Shown here one piece after another: positions 21,795-32,344 of a stretch of DNA of 64,000 nt; within the stretch, counting starts at the first letter, position 1; the number at the start of each line of letters is the position of its first letter. The notes under the pieces are model-generated. The model searched no databases, was not told where the DNA came from, and was given only the letters and a program-made list of their open reading frames with translations. Origin of the DNA: an uncultured SAR86 cluster bacterium (GTDB lineage: Bacteria > Pseudomonadota > Gammaproteobacteria > Magnimaribacterales > AG-339-G14). The stretch is taken from the NCBI GenBank assembly GCA_902566955.1, contig CACFKX010000002.1, positions 15,706-79,705 on the forward strand, in the 5' to 3' direction. The position numbers and the translations under genes are program-made.

Positions 21795-21823
21795 TTGAAA
21801 AACAAGCTTTAAAAACCTATACT
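21795..21823 (+). promoter_or_regulatory. Promoter of the metY-rimP-nusA-infB operon (TTGAAA-17-TATACT) with GC-rich discriminator
   Basis: TTGAAA at 21795-21800, an exact 17-nt spacer, TATACT at 21818-21823, then CGCGC (a stringent-type discriminator). The tRNA-fMet starts at 21842. Confidence 0.55.
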
Positions 21824-21841
21824 CGCGCAGTTTAAGAATAT

Positions 21842-21918
<77 letters not shown>

Positions 21919-21957
21919 TTTTTTTGGGCCCTTTATGGGCTTATTTTATATGTGGTT

Positions 21958-22422
21958 ATGACAAGTACGATAGAAAAGTTAGAAACGAACATTACAAAAG
22001 ATATTGAATCTTTTGGTCTTTCTTTGTGGGGTATTGAATTATCAGGGAATTCAAGATCAAAATTAATTAGGATTTTTATAGACAAAAAAAATGGCGTTGA
22101 CATAGATGACTGCCAGAAAGTTAGCAATCAGGTGAATGAATTACTCACCAATATAGAGCTTGTATCATTTGATTATACTTTAGAGGTATCTTCACCAGGG
22201 CTGGATAGGAAATTCTTTAAATTAGATCAATTTCATGAATTTATTGGGCATGAGATAAAAGTAAAATTTTATGACGGAAATAAAAAAGTAACCAAAACTG
22301 CTTTACTGCTAAATGCCAATGAGGAAGGTATTTTTTTGAAGGATGAAAACGAATTCTTTATTAATTTTGACAAAGTTATAATCGCAAGACTTGAACCAAT
22401 TTTCGAGGTATCAAATGAATAA
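21958..22422 (+). CDS. rimP: Ribosome maturation factor RimP
   Basis: MTSTIEKLE...LEVSSPGLDRKF aligns with E. coli RimP (LEVSSPGLDRPL). The track start GTG 21952 is two codons upstream. Confidence 0.88.
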   Translation: MTSTIEKLETNITKDIESFGLSLWGIELSGNSRSKLIRIFIDKKNGVDIDDCQKVSNQVNELLTNIELVSFDYTLEVSSPGLDRKFFKLDQFHEFIGHEIKVKFYDGNKKVTKTALLLNANEEGIFLKDENEFFINFDKVIIARLEPIFEVSNE

Positions 22423-23872
22423 TGAAATATTAATGGTTGCAGAATCGGTCTCTAACGAGAAAGCATTACCAAAAGATACTATTTTTGAAGCAATTGAATT
22501 TGCTTTAGCTAGTGCTGCTAAGAAAAAATATGCTGATGAGGTAGATATTCGCGTGGATATAGATCAACAAACAGGAGATTATGAAACTTTCAGATGCTGG
22601 GAGGTAGTAGAAGTTGATGACTATGAAACTTCTGAAATGCACATTCTTATTGATAGTGATGATGCAGAGGAAAAAAACCTTTCTATTGGCGATTTAGTCA
22701 AAGAAAAGATTGAAAATGTTGAGTTTGGAAGAATTGCTGCTCAAATAGCAAAACAAGTAATTGTTCAAAAAGTCAGGGATGCAGAAAGGCTTGAGATAAT
22801 TAAAAAATTCAGATCTTACTTAGGTCAACTTGTTACTGGGACAGTAAAGAAAGTTACTAGAGAAACAATCATAGTTGATCTTGGAGAAGGAGCTGATGCA
22901 ATTCTCCCTAGATCAGATTTAATACAGGGAGAGATATATCGCATTGGAGATAGGGTCAGGGCTATTCTTGAAGAGACTGTTCGTGAAAATAGAGGATCAC
23001 AATTAACCTTATCTCGAGGGTCAAAAGAGATGCTAGTTGAATTATTTAAGCTTGAAGTTCCTGAGATAGCTGAAGAAGTAGTTCAGATAAGAGCTGTGGC
23101 TAGAGAACCTGGGGGAAGGTCTAAGATTGCAGTTAAAACAAACGATACAAGAATTGATCCTGTTGGAGCATGTGTGGGAATGAGAGGAGCGAGAGTTCAA
23201 GCAGTTTCAAACGAATTAGGTAATGAGAGAATTGATATTATTGTCTGGGAGGATGATCCGGCAAAATTACTTATAAACACTTTGTCACCAGCTGAAGTTA
23301 CTTCAATAGTTTTAGACGAAGATGCAGATAAAATGGAAGTTCAGGTCAAAGATGAAAGCTTGGCTCAAGCAATAGGAAGAAATGGTCAAAATATTAGATT
23401 ATCCTCAGAACTAATTGGATGGGACATTCAGATTCGAGGAGAAAATGAAGATAAAGAATCTTTTGGGTCTGATCAAGCTTCAAATACTCTTGAAAAATAC
23501 TTAGATATTGATACTTCTACTTCAGAAATTCTGATTTCTAATGGTTTTGAATCAGTGAACTCTATTGCAGAATCTGAAATATCGAAACTTTGCGAAATAG
23601 AAGAGATTACAGAAGAAATTGCCGAAATGTTAATTGAAAGAGCTTCTGATGCACTGATTGAAATTGCTCTTTCAGATATGGAAGAAGCATTTGACTTTAA
23701 TTCATTAGAGGATGTCGATGAAGAAATTGCAAAAGTTCTTTCAGATAATTTATCTAGCAAAGATGAGCTAGCTGATCTATCTGTTGATGAATTAGTAGAA
23801 ATGACCAAAATAGATGAAGAATTAGCTGCAAAAATTATTATGGATGCAAGATCTGATTGGTTTGAGGAATAA
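22415..23872 (+). CDS. nusA: Transcription termination/antitermination factor NusA
   Basis: The start is moved to MNNEILMVAESVSNEKALPKD (E. coli MNKEILAVVEAVSNEKALPRE). S1 and KH domains and an acidic C-terminal repeat region are present. Confidence 0.96.
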   Translation: MNNEILMVAESVSNEKALPKDTIFEAIEFALASAAKKKYADEVDIRVDIDQQTGDYETFRCWEVVEVDDYETSEMHILIDSDDAEEKNLSIGDLVKEKIENVEFGRIAAQIAKQVIVQKVRDAERLEIIKKFRSYLGQLVTGTVKKVTRETIIVDLGEGADAILPRSDLIQGEIYRIGDRVRAILEETVRENRGSQLTLSRGSKEMLVELFKLEVPEIAEEVVQIRAVAREPGGRSKIAVKTNDTRIDPVGACVGMRGARVQAVSNELGNERIDIIVWEDDPAKLLINTLSPAEVTSIVLDEDADKMEVQVKDESLAQAIGRNGQNIRLSSELIGWDIQIRGENEDKESFGSDQASNTLEKYLDIDTSTSEILISNGFESVNSIAESEISKLCEIEEITEEIAEMLIERASDALIEIALSDMEEAFDFNSLEDVDEEIAKVLSDNLSSKDELADLSVDELVEMTKIDEELAAKIIMDARSDWFEE

Positions 23873-23877
23873 AAAAT

Positions 23878-26232
23878 ATGGATGTAAGTGATTTAGCAAA
23901 AGTCATAGGATACGAAGTAGATTCATTGTTAGAAGCAATAAATCAAGCAGGTCTATCTCAATCATCTGCCAACGATAATATTTCTACGGAAGATAGAAAA
24001 AAAATTCTTGAACATATTAAGAGCACTAAGAAAGGTTCCAAGAAAACTATTTCTATTGCTAAGAAAACAAAGACTGAGACTAAGAATGATGAAGGACAAA
24101 TCTCTATAACTAGATTTAAATCCGAGAGTCAATCTGCTAAGGAAAAAAATCCATCAGGAGATCTATCTGGAACAATTGATTTTGAGGCTGCCGAAAAAAG
24201 GAGAGTCCAAGCATCAAGTGATAAGAAGGCTCAAGATGAAGAAAGAGAAAAAAGAATCAAAGATTCGTCTACAAAGGTAATAAGGAAGACAAAACAGGAG
24301 CAAACAAAACAGAGCAAAGAAAGCACTTCTCCAAAAAAATCAACTAAAACTCAGAGAAAAAATCTAAAAAGTCCTGCTAAAGATTCAAAACTAGATAAAA
24401 AAGAACAAGAAGGTGAAAAGTTTTTAGAATCTCAACTTGCATCAGTCCAGAAATTTGAGAAGCCTGCAGAATTTATTCAGAAAGAAATATCAATCCCTGA
24501 AACTATTTCTGTAGCTGAGCTTGCCAAAGGACTTTCCGTAAAGTCTTCTGACCTCATTAAAGCTCTTATGAATAATGGAATTATGGCTACTGTGAATCAG
24601 TCTCTTGATCAAGAAACCGCAGTTCTTATAACCACTGAACTGGGCCATGTAGGCAATCCGATTCAAGAAAATGAAGCCGAGGAAAAAATGCTTGAGGGAT
24701 TTGCTCAAGAGGGAGAGCAAATTGCAAGAGATGCCATTGTCTCTGTACTGGGACATGTTGATCATGGAAAAACTTCACTTCTTGATTACATAAGAAATTC
24801 TTCCGTTGCAGATAAAGAAGAGGGAGGCATCACTCAAAGCATAGGTGCTTATCAAGTATCAATTGAAGGCAAGAACCTCACATTTATTGATACACCAGGC
24901 CACGCTGCATTCTCAAAAATGAGAGCAAGAGGAGCAAATTCTACAGATATTGTTGTTCTTGTTGTTGCTGCTGATGACGGCGTCCAACCTCAAACAGTGG
25001 AAGCGATAAATCACGCCAAAGCTGCTGGTGTGCAAATTGTGGTTGCAATAAATAAAATTGATAAACCAGAAGCTGATGTAGATAAAATAAAAGGGGATTT
25101 AGCTAAGGAAGAACTTGTTGCAGAGGATTGGGGTGGTGATATCCAAATGGTTCCCGTATCAGCTCAATCCGGAGAAGGAATCCCTGAATTATTAGAAACA
25201 ATTTTCTTAGTAGCAGAAATTATGGACTTGAAGGCATCTTTTGTAGGGCCTGCAACTGGAGTAGTTTTAGAATCTGGCGTAAAAAGAGGTGAAGGAGCAG
25301 TTGCTACATTATTAATTCAACAAGGGAGCCTAAATACAGGTGACTTTATTCTTGTAGGAGATCAAACCAGAAAAATTAGGGCTCTAAAAGATTTTAATGA
25401 TAAACCAATTAAAACTGCACAACCTTCCTCGCCAGTATCTATATCAGGTTTGGAATATCCTCCATCAGCTGGGGATCAGTTTTATGTATTAAAAGATGAA
25501 AAAACAGCAAAAAATCTATCAGAAGAAAGAGCCACAAAAGAAAGAGAAAAAAGACTTTCTAGAATGGGTTCTTTAAATTCTGAAAATATATTTGCAAATG
25601 CTGATGGAACAAAACCTTCAATAAATCTTATTCTTAAATCAGACTCTAATGGAACATTGGAAGCTCTATCCGGTTCAGTTCTCAATATGAAGATAGATGA
25701 GGTAAATTTAAAGATTGTACTCGATGGAGTGGGCTCTATTACCGAAAATGATGTCAACTTAGCAATTGCATCGGAGGCAACTATTTTTGGTTACAACGTG
25801 AGAGCTGATACCACTGCACTCAACTTGGCAGAAAGCGAAGGTATAGAAATAAAGTATTTCGGAATAATATATGATTTGCTGGATTCAATTAAAGCTTTGA
25901 TAGAAGGATCTTTAGAGCCAGAAATAAAAGAAAGACAGTTGGGCATCGCAGAAGTAAAAGAATTATTTAAATCACCCAAATTCGGCCTGATAGCAGGTTC
26001 AATGGTTACTGATGGAAGCATCATGGCAAATAAACTCGTAAGAGTTCTAAGAGATAATATTGTAATTCATGAAGGAAAATTAGACTCTCTAAGAAGATTT
26101 AAAGATGAGGCTTCAGAAGTAAAAAGCGGCACTGAATGTGGAATAGGAATTACTAATTATACTGATGCAAAAGTTGGCGATGTCATTGAAGTGTATGAAA
26201 GAGAAGAAATAGCCAGAAAACTTGAATCTTGA
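23878..26232 (+). CDS. infB: Translation initiation factor IF-2
   Basis: 784 aa with a Lys/Glu-rich N-terminal region and the G domain [19 protein letters not shown] and NKID. Confidence 0.97.
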   Translation: MDVSDLAKVIGYEVDSLLEAINQAGLSQSSANDNISTEDRKKILEHIKSTKKGSKKTISIAKKTKTETKNDEGQISITRFKSESQSAKEKNPSGDLSGTIDFEAAEKRRVQASSDKKAQDEEREKRIKDSSTKVIRKTKQEQTKQSKESTSPKKSTKTQRKNLKSPAKDSKLDKKEQEGEKFLESQLASVQKFEKPAEFIQKEISIPETISVAELAKGLSVKSSDLIKALMNNGIMATVNQSLDQETAVLITTELGHVGNPIQENEAEEKMLEGFAQEGEQIARDAIVSVLGHVDHGKTSLLDYIRNSSVADKEEGGITQSIGAYQVSIEGKNLTFIDTPGHAAFSKMRARGANSTDIVVLVVAADDGVQPQTVEAINHAKAAGVQIVVAINKIDKPEADVDKIKGDLAKEELVAEDWGGDIQMVPVSAQSGEGIPELLETIFLVAEIMDLKASFVGPATGVVLESGVKRGEGAVATLLIQQGSLNTGDFILVGDQTRKIRALKDFNDKPIKTAQPSSPVSISGLEYPPSAGDQFYVLKDEKTAKNLSEERATKEREKRLSRMGSLNSENIFANADGTKPSINLILKSDSNGTLEALSGSVLNMKIDEVNLKIVLDGVGSITENDVNLAIASEATIFGYNVRADTTALNLAESEGIEIKYFGIIYDLLDSIKALIEGSLEPEIKERQLGIAEVKELFKSPKFGLIAGSMVTDGSIMANKLVRVLRDNIVIHEGKLDSLRRFKDEASEVKSGTECGIGITNYTDAKVGDVIEVYEREEIARKLES

Positions 26233-26546
26233 CAAATAAATACTCATTTAAGAGGTCTGACAGGATTGCAGATCTTATATTTAGGGAAATTTCTAATTTA
26301 GTTCAAACGCAGGTAAAAGATCCCCGACTAGAAAATACCGTCATCACTAAAGTAGAGATGTCTGACAATATGAAGATAGCCAAAATCTTCTACAGAAATT
26401 TGATATCTTCTTCCGATCAAGCAGATTTAGAGAAAGGTTTTAAAAAGGCATCAGGCTTTTTAAGATCAAGTCTTGCAAGAAATTTATCTTTGAAAAGAGT
26501 TCCAAGTCTGATTTTTATTTTTGATGAGCTAAATATTTATGATTAA
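26229..26546 (+). CDS. rbfA: Ribosome-binding factor A
   Basis: 105 aa. RIADLIFREISNLVQTQVKDPRL aligns with E. coli [23 protein letters not shown]. The TTG start overlaps the infB stop. Confidence 0.88.
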   Translation: MTNKYSFKRSDRIADLIFREISNLVQTQVKDPRLENTVITKVEMSDNMKIAKIFYRNLISSSDQADLEKGFKKASGFLRSSLARNLSLKRVPSLIFIFDELNIYD

Positions 26547-27423
26547 TGGCGTACTTCAAATTGATAAGCCAAAAGCTGAGTCATCTGCTTCTTATATAAG
26601 AGGACTATCTAAATTAGATCCAGAACTAAAAATTGGACATTGTGGAACTCTTGATCCAATGGCTACTGGAATATTGATAGTTTGTCTTAATCAAATGACC
26701 AGATTTGCTTCCTATCTGAGCTCGTCTGAAAAAACTTATCATGCATGCATATACTTTGGGAAAAAGACTAGCACTGGTGACTCTGAGGGGGAGATAATCG
26801 ATTCAAAAGAATTTTCATTTTTAGATTTCTCTTCAAAAGATGTAGAAAACACAATTCAAAAATTCCTGGGTAAATCAAAACAAAAACCTCCAGCATACTC
26901 AGCCTTGAAACACAAAGGAAAATCTCTTTATGAATACGCAAGAAAAGGCATAAAAATAGACAAAGACGAAAGAGAAATTTTTATATCTTCAATAAAACTA
27001 TTATCCATAATGGGAAATGAAATTAATATTGAAGTCTCTTGTAGCTCTGGAACTTACATAAGATCCTTAGCAGAGGATATCGGTGAACTATTTAATTGTC
27101 CTGCATATTTGAAAGATCTTAGAAGAACCAGATCAGGGAATTTCTATGTTAAAAATGCAATCAAACTCCCTGAAGAAAGTTTACCTATCGATAAAATAAT
27201 TTCACCAAATGATGCACTTAATTGCTTTAATGAGATACAATGCGCGCCAGATATAGTAGATAAATTAAGAAACGGCCAATTCGTTGAATCTAACTTGAAA
27301 TATGATTCTTCGACTATTTTAAGGCTAAGGGATTCCAAAAGGGGATTCATTGGATTGGTAGAATATAACGAAGGTTTACTAAAACCAAAACGATTCCTAG
27401 AAAATTTTCTATCTACATCTTAA
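26539..27423 (+). CDS. truB: tRNA pseudouridine-55 synthase
   Basis: 294 aa with GHCGTLDPMATGILIV (catalytic Asp) and PPAYSALKHKGKSLYEYAR. Confidence 0.93.
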   Translation: MINGVLQIDKPKAESSASYIRGLSKLDPELKIGHCGTLDPMATGILIVCLNQMTRFASYLSSSEKTYHACIYFGKKTSTGDSEGEIIDSKEFSFLDFSSKDVENTIQKFLGKSKQKPPAYSALKHKGKSLYEYARKGIKIDKDEREIFISSIKLLSIMGNEINIEVSCSSGTYIRSLAEDIGELFNCPAYLKDLRRTRSGNFYVKNAIKLPEESLPIDKIISPNDALNCFNEIQCAPDIVDKLRNGQFVESNLKYDSSTILRLRDSKRGFIGLVEYNEGLLKPKRFLENFLSTS

Positions 27424-27439
27424 AAACTAGGAGGACTCA

Positions 27440-27709
27440 TTGAGTTTAACAACAGAACAGAAAAATGAAATTGTAAGTAAATTTGCCGTATCGGATGGAG
27501 ATACTGGTTCACCTCAGGTTCAAATAGCTTTATTAACTGCGAATATTGAATCGTTACAAAAGCATTTTAAAGATCATGCGAAGGATCATCACTCCCGTCA
27601 GGGACTTATAAGAATGGTGAATTCTAGGAGAAAATTATTAGATTATCTCAAAGGAAAAGATCCCGAGGCTTATTCTTCTGTTCTAGAAGCACTGAATCTA
27701 AGAAAGTAA
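27440..27709 (+). CDS. rpsO: 30S ribosomal protein S15
   Basis: 89 aa. [12 protein letters not shown]...[23 protein letters not shown] is near-identical in pattern to E. coli S15. It has a TTG start preceded by AGGAGG. Confidence 0.96.
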   Translation: MSLTTEQKNEIVSKFAVSDGDTGSPQVQIALLTANIESLQKHFKDHAKDHHSRQGLIRMVNSRRKLLDYLKGKDPEAYSSVLEALNLRK

Positions 27710-27720
27710 TTTAGATTCAG
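27692..27720 (+). terminator. rpsO 3' stem-loop (attenuator/processing hairpin before pnp)
   Basis: A perfect 10-bp inverted repeat, CTGAATCTAA (27692-27701) / TTAGATTCAG (27711-27720). The 9-nt loop contains the rpsO TAA (27707-27709). It is followed by ATTTAT, and pnp starts at 27739. Confidence 0.5.
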
Positions 27721-27738
27721 ATTTATAAAGGAAATTAA

Positions 27739-29844
27739 ATGTTTGAAGAGACTTATGCGTCAGTTACAACAAATGTAGCTGGTAGAGAAATAAAATTAGA
27801 AACAGGAAAAATAGCACGACAAGCCACAGCATCTATCATTGCTTCTTCTGGCGATAATCAAGTTCTAGTAACTGTCGTTGCTGGAAGAGAGCCAGAAGGC
27901 CAATCTTTTTTTCCACTAACAGTAAATTACACAGAAAAATATTATGCTGCAGGAAAGATTCCAGGCAGTTTTTTTCGTAGAGAGGGTAGACCAACTGAAA
28001 AAGAAACACTTGTCTCAAGACTTATTGATAGACCTTTAAGACCTTTATTTCCAAAAGGTTATTTTCAAGAAGTACAGGTAATATGCACAGTTTTATCTGC
28101 TGATAAGAATGAAAGTCCGGAGATTATTTCTCTAATTGGAGCATCTGCTGCTTTGGCGATATCTGGCCTTCCTTTTGAGGGTCCAATTTCTGCTGCAAGA
28201 GTGGGATTTGTTGATGGATCATATGTGCTCAATCCTGATAATGAATTACTTGAAAAATCGATGTTGGATATGGTTGTTGCTGGAACGAAAGATGCTATTT
28301 TGATGGTTGAATCTGAGGCAAAAGAACTTTCAGAAGATCAAATGCTCGGAGCTGTTTTATTTGCTCATCAAGAAATGCAAAAAACAATTACATTAATTGA
28401 AGAGCTCGCTTCAAAAACCTCTATTCCTGAAATTGAATATTCTATAAAAGAAGATAATTCTGAATTAAAAGAAAAAATTATAAATATTGTAAGAGATGAC
28501 CTAGTGAGTGCTTATTCGATTCCAGAAAAGGCTAAAAGACAGGAATCAGTCTCTCTTGCTCGAGATAAAATGAAAGAGAGTCTTAGCGATGAAGATTTGG
28601 AAGATGAAAACGCTGTTTCTGGATATTTCAAATCAGTAGAATCAGAAATAGTAAGATCTAGGCTCCTTAACGGAGATTCAAGAATAGATGGAAGAGACCT
28701 TGATACAGTGAGACCAATAGATATAGAAGTTGGATTTTTAAATAAATCTCACGGTTCTTGTTTATTTACGAGAGGTGAGACTCAATCTATTGGTGTTGCA
28801 ACACTAGGTGGGTCCAGAGATGCTCAATTGATTGATGCTCTAGAAGGTACAACAAATGATCCCTTCATGCTTCATTATAACTTTCCTCCATTTTCTGTTG
28901 GTGAGGCAGGTTTTATAGGGGCGCCAAAAAGAAGAGAAATCGGTCATGGAAAATTGGCACGAAGAGCTTTGGAAGCAGTTTTGCCATCTCATGAAGAGTT
29001 TCCCTACACAATAAGGGTTGTATCCGAAATAACTGAATCGAATGGCTCTAGTTCCATGGCAACAGTTTGTTCTTCAAGTCTATCAATGATGGATGCAGGA
29101 ATTCCTATTAAGAAAGCTGTGGCAGGAGTAGCTATGGGACTTGTTCTTGATGGCGATGATTTCTGCGTCATAACAGATATTTTAGGAGATGAAGATCATC
29201 TGGGAGATATGGATTTTAAGGTAGCAGGAACTTCAGATGGAGTAACGGCTCTTCAGATGGATATTAAAGTTAAAGGAATATCAGAAGAGATAATGGAGGC
29301 AGCTCTTGAGAAAGCACAGATAGCAAGGACTCACATCCTTGAAAAAATGGACTCTGTATTGGACTCACCAAGAAAAGAACTTTCTCCAAATGCCCCGCAA
29401 GCCGTAAATATGACTATTGCAAAAGATAAAATTAGAGAAGTGATTGGAAAAGGCGGTTCGGTAATTAAAAGCATTACCGAAAAATCTGGTGCAAATGTGG
29501 ATATTAATGATGATGGAGAGATTAAAATATTTGGCGATTCACCTGAATCAAGGCAATCAGCCATAGACCTTATTAATCAAATTGTTGCAGATCCTGAAGT
29601 CGGTCACATTTATACCGGAACTGTAGTTAAAATTGTCGATTTCGGAGCTTTTGTTTCAATAGATGGTGGAAAAGAAGGCCTAGTCCATGTCTCAGAAATC
29701 ATGGAAGAAAGGGTTGAGAAAGTCTCTGACTACCTTGTTGAAGGAGAAGAAGTTGATGTTAAAGTCATTGGTATTGATGACAGAGGTAGGGTAAAACTTA
29801 GCATCAAAGCAGTAAATTCACCGGAAGAAACTACCGAAGGATAA
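27739..29844 (+). CDS. pnp: Polynucleotide phosphorylase
   Basis: 701 aa with two RNase PH domains plus KH and S1 (GTVVKIVDFGAFV). Follows rpsO as in most bacteria. Confidence 0.97.
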   Translation: MFEETYASVTTNVAGREIKLETGKIARQATASIIASSGDNQVLVTVVAGREPEGQSFFPLTVNYTEKYYAAGKIPGSFFRREGRPTEKETLVSRLIDRPLRPLFPKGYFQEVQVICTVLSADKNESPEIISLIGASAALAISGLPFEGPISAARVGFVDGSYVLNPDNELLEKSMLDMVVAGTKDAILMVESEAKELSEDQMLGAVLFAHQEMQKTITLIEELASKTSIPEIEYSIKEDNSELKEKIINIVRDDLVSAYSIPEKAKRQESVSLARDKMKESLSDEDLEDENAVSGYFKSVESEIVRSRLLNGDSRIDGRDLDTVRPIDIEVGFLNKSHGSCLFTRGETQSIGVATLGGSRDAQLIDALEGTTNDPFMLHYNFPPFSVGEAGFIGAPKRREIGHGKLARRALEAVLPSHEEFPYTIRVVSEITESNGSSSMATVCSSSLSMMDAGIPIKKAVAGVAMGLVLDGDDFCVITDILGDEDHLGDMDFKVAGTSDGVTALQMDIKVKGISEEIMEAALEKAQIARTHILEKMDSVLDSPRKELSPNAPQAVNMTIAKDKIREVIGKGGSVIKSITEKSGANVDINDDGEIKIFGDSPESRQSAIDLINQIVADPEVGHIYTGTVVKIVDFGAFVSIDGGKEGLVHVSEIMEERVEKVSDYLVEGEEVDVKVIGIDDRGRVKLSIKAVNSPEETTEG

Positions 29845-29847
29845 ATC

Positions 29848-29924
29848 TGGTGGCTATGGGTAGACTTGAACTACCGACCTCTGCGTTATGAGTGCAGCGC
29901 TCTAACCAGCTGAGCTACATAGCC
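29848..29924 (-). tRNA. Elongator tRNA-Met (anticodon CAT)
   Basis: The reverse complement is GGCTATGTAGCTCAGCTGGTTAGAGCGCTGCACTCATAACGCAGAGGTCGGTAGTTCAAGTCTACCCATAGCCACCA. The acceptor and D arms nearly match E. coli tRNA-Met(m). A lysidine-modified tRNA-Ile2 cannot be formally excluded from sequence alone. Confidence 0.88.
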
Positions 29925-29935
29925 AAAGAAAGAGA

Positions 29936-29964
29936 ATTCTCTTAGTCTGATCATTAAAAGTCAA
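29936..29964 (-). promoter_or_regulatory. Candidate promoter for the tRNA-Met gene (TTGACT-17-GAGAAT)
   Basis: On the minus strand, TTGACT sits at 29964..29959, followed by a 17-nt spacer and GAGAAT at 29941..29936. The tRNA 5' end is 11 nt downstream. The -10 is weak. Confidence 0.3.
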
Positions 29965-29972
29965 GCAACAAG

Positions 29973-31058
29973 CTATACATTGAATCTGAAGTGAACTATG
30001 TCTCCATCTTCAATGATGTATTCAGAACCTTCGGATCTTAATTTTCCTGCCTCTTTAGCTCCTAGCTCACCATTAAACTCAATATAGTCTTCATAGGAAA
30101 TGGTTTCAGCTCTGATAAAACCTTTTTCAAAGTCTGTATGAATTGTTCCTGCAGCTTGAGGAGCCAGAGATCCTTTTTTTATTTCCCAGGCTCTTACTTC
30201 TTTTTTTCCAGCCGTAAAAAAGGTTTGAAGACCTAAGCTATCAAATGCTGCTCTGATCATGACGTTTAATCCAGGTTCTTCCAGACCTATATCTCTCAGA
30301 AGATCATCTTTGTCATCTCCAAGTTCAGCTATTTCAGCTTCTAGTTGATTGCATAGACCAATGACTTGAGAATTATTTTCAGAGGCGTACTCTTTAACGG
30401 ATGAATAAAATTCATTATCTTCAAGGCTATCATCTATGTTTGCAACATAAATAACAGGTTTGATTGAAATAAGATTTAAGCCTTTAAGTTCAGCTAAATC
30501 GTTATTTTCAAAATTTATATTTCTTAAATTTTCTTCTTTGTTTAAAAATTCCAATGTTTTTTCATAAACTTCTAAGGTAAAGAGAAGCTTTTTGTCACCA
30601 CTTTTAGCTTTCCTCTTAATATTTTCAATAGCGTTTTCAAGAACTTCCATGTCAGCAAGGATAAGTTCAAGTTCTATCGTTTTTATATCATCTAGAGGAG
30701 ATATTTTATCTTTGATATGAATTATGCTTTCATCTTCAAAGCATCTAACCACATGGATGATTGCATCTGTTTCTCTGATGTTTGCAAGAAACTTATTGCC
30801 TAAACCTTCTCCCTTGGAAGCTCCCTCAACAAGACCCGCTATATCAACAAATTCAACAGTTGATTGAATTATTTCTTCAGGATCTACAATTTCAGCTATT
30901 TTGTTTAGTCTGTTGTCAGGTAGATTTACTATTCCAACATTAGGATCAATTGTACAAAATGGAAAATTTTCAGCTTGTATGCCAGATGACGTTAACGCAT
31001 TAAATAAAGTAGATTTGCCTACGTTAGGCAATCCAACAATCCCACATTTAAGTCCCAT
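29973..31058 (-). CDS. ychF: Ribosome-binding ATPase YchF
   Basis: The start is moved to [23 protein letters not shown] (the track adds 13 codons that overlap pth). The ATG overlaps the pth stop (TAATG). The pth-ychF order is conserved. Confidence 0.95.
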   Translation of the reverse strand: MGLKCGIVGLPNVGKSTLFNALTSSGIQAENFPFCTIDPNVGIVNLPDNRLNKIAEIVDPEEIIQSTVEFVDIAGLVEGASKGEGLGNKFLANIRETDAIIHVVRCFEDESIIHIKDKISPLDDIKTIELELILADMEVLENAIENIKRKAKSGDKKLLFTLEVYEKTLEFLNKEENLRNINFENNDLAELKGLNLISIKPVIYVANIDDSLEDNEFYSSVKEYASENNSQVIGLCNQLEAEIAELGDDKDDLLRDIGLEEPGLNVMIRAAFDSLGLQTFFTAGKKEVRAWEIKKGSLAPQAAGTIHTDFEKGFIRAETISYEDYIEFNGELGAKEAGKLRSEGSEYIIEDGDIVHFRFNV

Positions 31059-31636
31059 TATTTTTTTGAATGTAATTGCGTCAAAGCTTTTTCCCAATCA
31101 TCAAAAGCAACAAGTTCAAAAACTTCCAAAGCATTATGCATCGCTGTAAGTTTATTTTTTCTTTCGCTAGAAGATCCTTTTTTTACGACAAAGGAATTAA
31201 CTTTTTTTGTATCGCCTGGATGACCTATACCAATTCTTAGCCTCTTAAAATCTTTTTTACCAGACAAGCTCTGCATAATATCTTTTAAGCCATTGTGACC
31301 TCCATCTCCTCCAGAGAATTTTAATTTTGATACTCCAGGAGGAAGATCTAGGTCATCATGAACAACAAGAAGATTTTTTAATTTTATATTTTCCCCTTTT
31401 ACAGTAGGAGCAACGCTTTTTCCACTTTGATTCATAAACAGGGTAGGGATAGAAAGGATGACTTCCATATCCTTCAATAGAAATTTTCCTATAGAAGCTT
31501 TATATTTTTTCTTTTCTGTTAACTCAACATCATACTTTTCACAAAGCATGTGAACGAAATCAGTTCCTGCATTATGTCTTGTATTAGCATACCTTGAGCC
31601 AGGATTTCCTAACCCAACTACTAAAAAGGTTTCCAT
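31058..31636 (-). CDS. pth: Peptidyl-tRNA hydrolase
   Basis: 192 aa with VGLGNPGSRYANTRHNAG and GGHNGLKDI. Confidence 0.94.
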   Translation of the reverse strand: METFLVVGLGNPGSRYANTRHNAGTDFVHMLCEKYDVELTEKKKYKASIGKFLLKDMEVILSIPTLFMNQSGKSVAPTVKGENIKLKNLLVVHDDLDLPPGVSKLKFSGGDGGHNGLKDIMQSLSGKKDFKRLRIGIGHPGDTKKVNSFVVKKGSSSERKNKLTAMHNALEVFELVAFDDWEKALTQLHSKK

Positions 31637-31639
31637 AAA

Positions 31640-32341
31640 TTAGTTATCGTTAGATTCTTCTTCTTGAGACTCGTCTGTTTGAGATGAATCAGCAGAAGCT
31701 TCAGCATCGTCTGTAACTTCTTCACCATCTTCTCCAATCACAGGATCATCATCAATTTCAAGTGAAGCTCTGGTAACAGAACAAGAGAGAACAGGTTGAT
31801 CTTGGAGATCATTCAATACGCTGGTCAGTTCGACACCTTCGGGTAAGGAAATTTCTGACATCATCACAGATTGATTCAATTCAATGTTTTGAGTGTCGAT
31901 TTCAATAAATTCTGGAAGAGAAGCTGCAGAGCATAAAACTTCTACTTCGTTTCTGAGGTGAGAAATCATACCGCCTTGTTGTTTGACGCCAACACAAATA
32001 TCCTCATTAATAAATTTTAATGGGACATTAACAGTTACTTTGGTATCTTTTGAAACAACAAGGAAGTCAACGTGTGAAGGTCTATCATTTCTCGGGTTTC
32101 TTTGAATATCTTTCAATAAAACCTCAAAAGGGGATCCATCAATATTCAAATCGATAACTTGGGAAAAAATACTTGGGTTTTCAAGAATTTTCTTAAGATC
32201 TTTCTCCAAGACTTTAATATTTGAAGATTTTTCTTCTCCGTAAATAACCCCGGGGACTATTTCAGAAGATCTTAAGCTTCTTGAATTTGCCTTACCTGTT
32301 TCTAGTCTGGATTCACCAGATATAGTTATTTTTTCGCTCAT
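31640..32341 (-). CDS. rplY: 50S ribosomal protein L25, long Ctc form with acidic tail
   Basis: 233 aa. The L25/Ctc N-domain (RLETGKANSRSLRSSEIVPGVIYG) is followed by a beta-barrel C-domain and a D/E/S-rich tail. Lies between prs and pth as in Pseudomonas. Confidence 0.9.
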   Translation of the reverse strand: MSEKITISGESRLETGKANSRSLRSSEIVPGVIYGEEKSSNIKVLEKDLKKILENPSIFSQVIDLNIDGSPFEVLLKDIQRNPRNDRPSHVDFLVVSKDTKVTVNVPLKFINEDICVGVKQQGGMISHLRNEVEVLCSAASLPEFIEIDTQNIELNQSVMMSEISLPEGVELTSVLNDLQDQPVLSCSVTRASLEIDDDPVIGEDGEEVTDDAEASADSSQTDESQEEESNDN

Positions 32342-32344
32342 TTT

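Noticed and set aside
21919-21957. The GGGCCC-TTTA-TGGGC element and T-run after tRNA-fMet, considered as a terminator or RNase III site before rimP.
   Set aside because: Only about 4 bp can pair, and the T-run precedes rather than follows the stem. This is insufficient to support a structured element.
29848-29924. The possibility that the CAT-anticodon tRNA after pnp is tRNA-Ile2 (lysidine) rather than elongator tRNA-Met.
   Set aside because: The acceptor and D-arm sequence (GGCTATGTAGCTCAGCTGGTTAGAGC) closely tracks E. coli elongator tRNA-Met rather than ileX. I kept the call as tRNA-Met, but this cannot be proven without a dedicated classifier.
29930-29943. A perfect 14-nt palindrome, AAGAGAATTCTCTT, just upstream of the minus-strand tRNA-Met, considered as an operator or terminator.
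   Set aside because: As a hairpin it gives only a 5-bp stem and has no T-run. It overlaps the candidate -10 of the tRNA promoter and contains a GAATTC core. There is no second copy in the window to suggest a binding-site family.
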